Below are positions 49,286 to 55,165 of a stretch of DNA of 55,165 nt, piece after piece. Source of the DNA: Octopus bimaculoides (Eukaryota). The notes below the pieces were generated by a model that saw only the letters and a list, made by a program, of their open reading frames with translations, was not told the DNA's origin and searched no databases. Location: assembly GCF_001194135.2 (NCBI RefSeq), contig NC_068984.1, positions 121,405,465 to 121,460,629 of the forward strand. The letters run 5' to 3'. Numbering within the stretch: position 1 is the stretch's first letter; each line of letters begins with the position of its first letter. Made by a program: the position numbers and the translations under genes.

Positions 49286-52200
49286 TCATTTTTGATTGTT
49301 TTTGTTTTTCTTTAGTGGTAAAATAGCGTAATATTTAATTGAATCGTCCTCATTATCAAGACATTTCATTCTTTCAATCTTTCCACGATAGAAGAGTAAT
49401 CTTACGCAAGGAAGAATCTTCTCAACTCGAATGGCTTGCTTAATTGAATCTATTTGCCAGTTAAGTTCGTTTTTTGATTTAATTACTGAATAAGTATCAT
49501 TTAACATTGCCGTCAGAAGATTTATAAAAATAATGATACCTATTAGAAAATATAAGCAATATAATGCTTTGTACATGTGAGTCAGTGAACTACCTTCATT
49601 CAAGGCATCTTGCAAACTAAAATCAAATATTTCTCCCATTCCTAACATTAAATTAAACAACGCAAAGATTGTTAACCAAGGGTTTTCGTCCTTAAGATTA
49701 CCGGAACCATTTAACCAGATATGAAATGAAAGCGAAAAAGCTAATAAAACGCACGTGTACATGCAAAAAAACCTCAAAATGTCCCTTTCTAACATTTCCG
49801 ATAGCACACGCCAAAAGTAATGCAATGGTTTCAAACCTCGTATAAAAGTTATGCCAAGAAGCCAACCATAGCATAAAACCACACCTAAACATATGTAGTA
49901 GTCTGGATTATTTGTACATCGCTGAATAATCCATGCGATAGAAAGTACTGAATAAATGGACATTATTATTGTTAATAGAAATTTTTTTCGTACATATTTT
50001 GTGAATTTTTTCAATTTATATTGACAAGAATTTTTATCAATGTCTGCACCTAAGTATAGTTTATTGTGTTGATGATGATTTTCATCATCCTCTTCAGGAT
50101 CCTCGTCACGTCCTTTATATCCTAAATAATTGCAGGTAGAACGGAACAAAGATATCAGACAGAAAATTAGGATTACAACTGGTTCACATAAGCTACAAAT
50201 AACTATTAGATTTAAGTTAATGTTCTTCACTTCATCTACTTTATATTTCACCAGCTGATTGGCATTGACAGTCAACAAGAGCATATGTGAAAAATGCACC
50301 AACATTGCCGCGGCACACAGAACCTGATTCATTTCTTTGTATACTACTGCGATATGTTTTAATGGTAAGATAGTGAAAAGTTCCCCAAGCGACGGCTTAG
50401 TTTCCATACTAAGAAATATTTCAAAGGCGCTGCTAGAAGGCATACTTGTATCAGAGTCTTTTTTAATGTTTTTGAAACGTATATCATTGTTTAACAGGAT
50501 TTGTGTCACATCAAAATACTTACAATCGTCTATATCAAACTGCGTTACATATTTTAGTGTCATCAGTTTATTTATAATGTCTTTAGCACATTTTATGAAA
50601 GCCAAACTAAACACACTTAACTGTTTTTTGTTCTTCACTTCAAAAATTAATTTTCGGAAGTCTTTGGAAGAAAATTTCAAGTTATTTTTAGAAGTAAAAT
50701 GATCATGTAGTATGTCGAAAAATTCGAGACATTCACTGTTTCTGATGCAAATTTTAACTAAATCATGGAGGACAGTATTTTCTTTCTCTTTGTACTTAAA
50801 TGTTAAATCAATATTGTGTTGAAGTAACCTTTTAAAGCAACATAAAAATCTTTTTTCAATGACTTTAAAAACTACAGTTTCTCCTTCTTTATTCCTTTTG
50901 TTGAGATCTGCTTTGTTCATTTTAAAGTCATAAATATCGAGCATCTTCTGAAATATTTCTGGTTGCCCGGCACGAATAGCTAAATGATATGGAGTATCAC
51001 CATTCATATCAGATGTATTACAGGTCAAACTACGGCATTCCCAAATAACGTCTGGTGAGCCATATAGTGCGGCCACATGAAGGGCATTTCTTCCTTCCTT
51101 ATCAATGTCATTTAAATTATCCCAAGAATGTCTGTTCATCATGTAATTAACTAAAAGCTTCATGACCTCGGCAGAAGTACTTTTAGATTTTGCAGCAATA
51201 TGCAAAATTGTTTCTCCATTGCAATTTTTAATATTAGCTTTTGCTCCTAATTTAAGAAACGCATTTATTGTTTCAAAATTTCCAGTCGAAGCAGCTAAAT
51301 GAAATGCGGTTTCCTCGTTATTATTTTGTTCATTAAGGAAATTTGGGTCCTTAAAACGCTCCACGATATCATGATGCTTACCTTGAGCGGCAATATGCAG
51401 TATTGTATTACCACCTTCATCTTTTATTTTCATATCTAATTTACGTTTTTCTAAAATCTCTAGTCCACTTAAATCTCCATTTTTTGCAATCTCAAACACA
51501 GGTGAGCGAGTGTTAAATAGCATCTTCATCTCGGTGCTTCCCTGAGTAATTTTTTCCGCAATAATATGTATGAGACCTTGAAAACAAGCTTTATTTCTCT
51601 TAAGTAGTGCAAAGGACCAAATATCCTTGCCTTCCATATTCTTGAGATAGACATTACAACCATATTCTATCAGCATCCGAACAATATGCACCTGATCATT
51701 TTGTATTGCCAAAAACAAAGCCGTATCTCCTTTTGCATTTGTTACATTAAGGTCTGCCTTATTCTGGATTAAAAGTCGTAAGACATCTTCGTGACCTTTA
51801 TTCGCTGCATAATGAATAGGATATAGCTGATAGCAGTCAGGGGTGTTCACATCAATCAGAGATGAGGCAATTATCGCTTCAACGATTTTACTGTAGCCGA
51901 AAGCTGATGCAAGATTAAGAGATGATATTAAATCTGATTGATGTTCATTTGTGAAATATTTTAAAAGAATGTTGACGCATTCGATGTGTCCATAACGTAC
52001 TGCCCAACGAAGTGCAGTACATCCATTAATGTTTTTTAAAAATGGGCAAGCACCCATACTTATAAGCTCTTCAATTAGTGACTTCTGATCACCCCGTGTC
52101 GCCCACATTAATGCGGTTTCTTCCATCAGAGTTTTACTATCTACGGTAATTCCCTGCGATTTATAGAAATTTGTTAATTCACTTAGGCCTAAATAAGCAG

Positions 52201-52639
52201 CTAAATGGTAACATGTTGTTGTTCGGAATAATTTCCCCGGAATATTCATAAGAACTTCTTGTAGAATAATTTCCGGACGATTTTCGTTTGGGAATTTGTC
52301 TAAGAAACATTTTGCCATTTCTTTATCGTTTGATTCAGTTATATATTGTAATAAACTTTTCTCAATAATTCCTTCATTTCTAACTAGATCATATTTCTTA
52401 AGCAAGATATATTCATCTAAATATTCAATTAGACACTTGACTGTTTCGATTTGGTTATCTTCCATAGCATATTGCAAGGCACGTTGTTTCAGAGAATCTG
52501 ATTTATTTTCCAGGTATTCTTTAAGAAGTTCTACTGAGTCATCTTTTACTTTACTTCGCAATTCATCAGGAGACGTAGCTGATTGTTCTGACCAGTCAAT
52601 GTCTTTGAATTGTGCAAAGTCATAATCTTCTAGGAGTCT
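49286..52639 (-). CDS. Ankyrin-repeat TRP cation channel with TRPV-type transmembrane/pore domain and ~16-18 ankyrin repeats; single large exon, 5' exon(s) not located
   Basis: 1119-aa open frame with many GxTALH-type ankyrin repeats. S4/linker GWLLGITFIRG...MLERDILRFF, pore MLGMGE, S6 INLLTAMLNDTY, TRP helix WQIDSIKQAIRVEK. The ORF's TTG-CAG start is really the acceptor tttttgcag|AGA. Confidence 0.92.
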   Translation of the reverse strand, partial: RLLEDYDFAQFKDIDWSEQSATSPDELRSKVKDDSVELLKEYLENKSDSLKQRALQYAMEDNQIETVKCLIEYLDEYILLKKYDLVRNEGIIEKSLLQYITESNDKEMAKCFLDKFPNENRPEIILQEVLMNIPGKLFRTTTCYHLAAYLGLSELTNFYKSQGITVDSKTLMEETALMWATRGDQKSLIEELISMGACPFLKNINGCTALRWAVRYGHIECVNILLKYFTNEHQSDLISSLNLASAFGYSKIVEAIIASSLIDVNTPDCYQLYPIHYAANKGHEDVLRLLIQNKADLNVTNAKGDTALFLAIQNDQVHIVRMLIEYGCNVYLKNMEGKDIWSFALLKRNKACFQGLIHIIAEKITQGSTEMKMLFNTRSPVFEIAKNGDLSGLEILEKRKLDMKIKDEGGNTILHIAAQGKHHDIVERFKDPNFLNEQNNNEETAFHLAASTGNFETINAFLKLGAKANIKNCNGETILHIAAKSKSTSAEVMKLLVNYMMNRHSWDNLNDIDKEGRNALHVAALYGSPDVIWECRSLTCNTSDMNGDTPYHLAIRAGQPEIFQKMLDIYDFKMNKADLNKRNKEGETVVFKVIEKRFLCCFKRLLQHNIDLTFKYKEKENTVLHDLVKICIRNSECLEFFDILHDHFTSKNNLKFSSKDFRKLIFEVKNKKQLSVFSLAFIKCAKDIINKLMTLKYVTQFDIDDCKYFDVTQILLNNDIRFKNIKKDSDTSMPSSSAFEIFLSMETKPSLGELFTILPLKHIAVVYKEMNQVLCAAAMLVHFSHMLLLTVNANQLVKYKVDEVKNINLNLIVICSLCEPVVILIFCLISLFRSTCNYLGYKGRDEDPEEDDENHHQHNKLYLGADIDKNSCQYKLKKFTKYVRKKFLLTIIMSIYSVLSIAWIIQRCTNNPDYYICLGVVLCYGWLLGITFIRGLKPLHYFWRVLSEMLERDILRFFCMYTCVLLAFSLSFHIWLNGSGNLKDENPWLTIFALFNLMLGMGEIFDFSLQDALNEGSSLTHMYKALYCLYFLIGIIIFINLLTAMLNDTYSVIKSKNELNWQIDSIKQAIRVEKILPCVRLLFYRGKIERMKCLDNEDDSIKYYAILPLKKNKNNQK

Positions 52640-54481
52640 CTGCAAAAAGTTTTATTTTAAAATTAACAAACAATATAAACAGTTGATGTCTGTATATAAT
52701 TATTAATTGTACTACAATGTTTAAGATAAGAATAAAATTTTGCACAATAAAACACAAATTATTTAACATTTAACTTTCCCAACTGGCATTTAAATTGAAA
52801 AATAAAATCTATAATAATAAAAGTGTAATTCTGTCTGTCCGTCTGGGACCCCTGTAGTTCAGTCTACATTTGCTCTGCAAAGACATATTTTTTTAAATCA
52901 GGATGATCCCGGAATTGAAACTCGGCCCTTCATTTGGTTCTTAAACATCTAGCATTGGGATCTGATTTAAAAGCATTTTGGTTGCTATTACTAGCAGGTA
53001 AAGCTTGGATGATCCACGCCAACTTCGTTGGCATTTGTCAAATGACGTCAGAGATCAAGGGGAAAATAAATGACACTTGCTTCGTTAATTTTACGTCGTA
53101 ATAAGAACTGGGATAAACTGACTAACAGTTGGAATTCATCTTGGGACTGGGAGAATAGAATGATTACATTACTGAATTAATTCTCATCTATCCATAACCT
53201 CTGATCAAACGCCACCATATAGTCATTATAGACGTATCATAGTGAATGTCATTTAGCTCTCTTTAGTTTTGGGCGGCAGGTCCAATTAGTTCTCTGCAAG
53301 AGCCAGCTTAAAAGTCTGCATGGAGTGTGGCTTTTTAGCTAGTTTAAAATAAATTAAAAGTTTCTTTTAGGACGGCTTAGAAAAACAACACTTTCTGGAA
53401 CGTCATAACAGATTGCAGAGAATTGGCAGTAATTCCATATAAACCTAAATCATTTCTAGGATTCTTGGAAAGGATATAACAAAACTGTTTGTAGTTGTCT
53501 TCTACAGATCGAGGAGAATCTGAGCACTAGTTCCTAAAAAGACACCAACTATACTGATTTTTTTTCTATTTGCATGAAATGATTAGCTGTGCATTCTCGT
53601 GTCATTTGGTTTGGTCAAAGCAGTGAGAGTTAGTTAAATATCTTGCTCAGGAAGAGTGATGAAATCTTGATATCCACACGAACCTCCGACTCTCCCACGA
53701 AAAAGGAATTAATACCAAACTTGGCATCCGATATTATTTAAATTTAAGGAACTTTAGGCATTTATTTCGACGCGCTATCATTTACTCACAACTGTTCACT
53801 CACGCCCGTCAATTATAATCCCTTCTATTATAGGCACAAAGTATGAAATTTGGGGTAAATGGGGGCGGAGACTAGTCGATTTCATCGACCCCAGTACTTG
53901 AGTGGTCCTTATTTCATCGACCTCGAAAGGTGGAATTTGAACTCAGAAGGAAAAGACAGACGAAACACCATTAAGCATTTTGTCCAGTACGCTAACAATT
54001 CTCCCAGTTCACTGCCTTAATAATAATAATAATAATAATAATGATGATGATGATGATGATGTGGATAATAATTTCAAAATTTGGTGCAGGGCCCGCAGTT
54101 TTTGAGGGGAGGGAAAAATCGATTACGTTGACACCAGTACGTGACTGATACTTATTTTATCGATCACAAAAGGATGAAAGACAAAATCGACCTCAACGGA
54201 ATTTGAACTCGGAACGTGAAGACGAGCGAAATGCTTTTTAAGCATTTTATCCGGCGTGCTAACGGTTCTGTCCGCTTGCCGTCTCAACTGTGATGATAAG
54301 GATTTCTTCCGACTATTTATTTTGAGTTCGAATTCTGCCACGGTTCACTTTGCTTTCATTATTTTAGGGTCGATGAAATAAAGTACCACTCAAGTACTGG
54401 GGTCAATATAATCGACTAGCTTCCTTCCGCCAAATTTCATACCTTGTGCCTATAATAGAAAGAAGAAAAAAAATAATCTTT

Positions 54482-54501
54482 CTAACCCTAACCCTAACCC
54501 C
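54482..54501 (+). repeat. Telomere-type motif (TAACCC)3
   Basis: ctaaccctaaccctaacccc. Confidence 0.8.
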
Positions 54502-54597
54502 GAAAAAGCTATTCCACTCCGCAACGACGTACCCGGCACCGCAACTACATATCCGGCGCCGTAAATACGTGCCAGGGCCCGTTTATACGAAACTACA

Positions 54598-55165
54598 GCA
54601 CGTTCTTGCGGCACTCGGCACGTTTTTCCGGCGCCGGGCACATTCTTGCGGTTCCAGGCACGCTATTGCGTCCCCAGACACGTTCTTGAGGCTTTGGGAA
54701 CGTTTTTACCGCGCAGGACACGTTCTTTCGGTGCCGGGCACGTGCTTGTGACGCCAGGTACGTTCTTGCGGACCCAGGCACCTTCTTCCAACCCTGGGCA
54801 CGTTCTTATGGTTACAGGCAAATTCTTACGGCACTGGGCACGTTCTTGCGGAACTAGAAGCGTTCCTTCGGCAACGGGAATGTTGTTGCGGCGCAGGTCA
54901 CGTTATTGCGACGCCGGGCACATACTTACGTTCCCGAGCCCGTTTTTGCCGCCCCAGTTACGTACTTACGGCCACAGGCTCGTTCTTGCGGCCTCATGCA
55001 CGTACATATGGCCCCAAGCAGATACATACGGCTCTAGACCCGTTCTTGCGGCCACAGGTTCGTTCTTTCGGGGTTGGGCACGTAATTATTGCCCCTCTCT
55101 CGTTCTTGTGGCCACAGGCACATACTTAAAGCCCAGGGCATGTACTTGCGGCCCAGGAGCGTACT
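54598..55165 (+). repeat. GC/CpG-rich 20-bp minisatellite (consensus ~gcacgttcttgcggcnccag), at least 28 units, running off the window
   Basis: Period 20 is held throughout; degenerate units extend back to ~54520. Confidence 0.9.

Noticed and set aside
49698-52625. Antisense/overlapping ORFs at 49698, 50337 and 52296
   Set aside because: Shadows of the long real ORF, with no recognisable domains.
42595-52639. Functional coupling of the adaptor and TRP genes as one system
   Set aside because: Only convergent adjacency is seen; their CpG states differ, and animal gene neighbours are usually unrelated. Conserved synteny or co-expression would be needed.
49286-52645. TTG start (MQRLLED) as the true N-terminus; calling the gene TRPA1 or NOMPC
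   Set aside because: TTG-CAG is the 3' splice site. The membrane domain has TRPV rather than TRPA/TRPN motifs, so no gene symbol was assigned.
54598-55165. CRISPR-like array or coding repeat
   Set aside because: Contiguous 20-bp tandem units with no unique spacers, eukaryotic context, and a period not divisible by 3.

Overview
AT-rich animal genomic DNA, dense in repeats and microsatellites, with several assembly gaps. The tRNA-derived SINE families and microsatellite load resemble Octopus (coleoid cephalopod); this is an inference. Two convergent protein-coding genes are supported. (1) A + strand gene with three coding exons (42595-43039, 44239-44331, 45909-46528; 385 aa after splicing). 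Its product looks like a TANK/NAP1(AZI2)/SINTBAD-type TBK1 adaptor ending in TAX1BP1/NDP52-like tandem zinc fingers. (2) A - strand gene whose whole channel body is one 3.35-kb exon (49286-52639): a TRPV-type 6-TM pore domain behind about 16-18 ankyrin repeats, a TRPA-like number. The rest is decayed RTE, R4/Dong-like and Penelope retroelements, Tc1/mariner remnants, MITEs and hairpins, SINEs, several hammerhead-ribozyme-like folds, and a telomere-motif-flanked 20-bp minisatellite at the right end. A sharp CpG-depleted domain (~28.7-49 kb) appears to trace the methylated body of the adaptor gene and points to a promoter near 28.1-28.5 kb. All family assignments are from recalled motifs and manual translation; no database searches were run.
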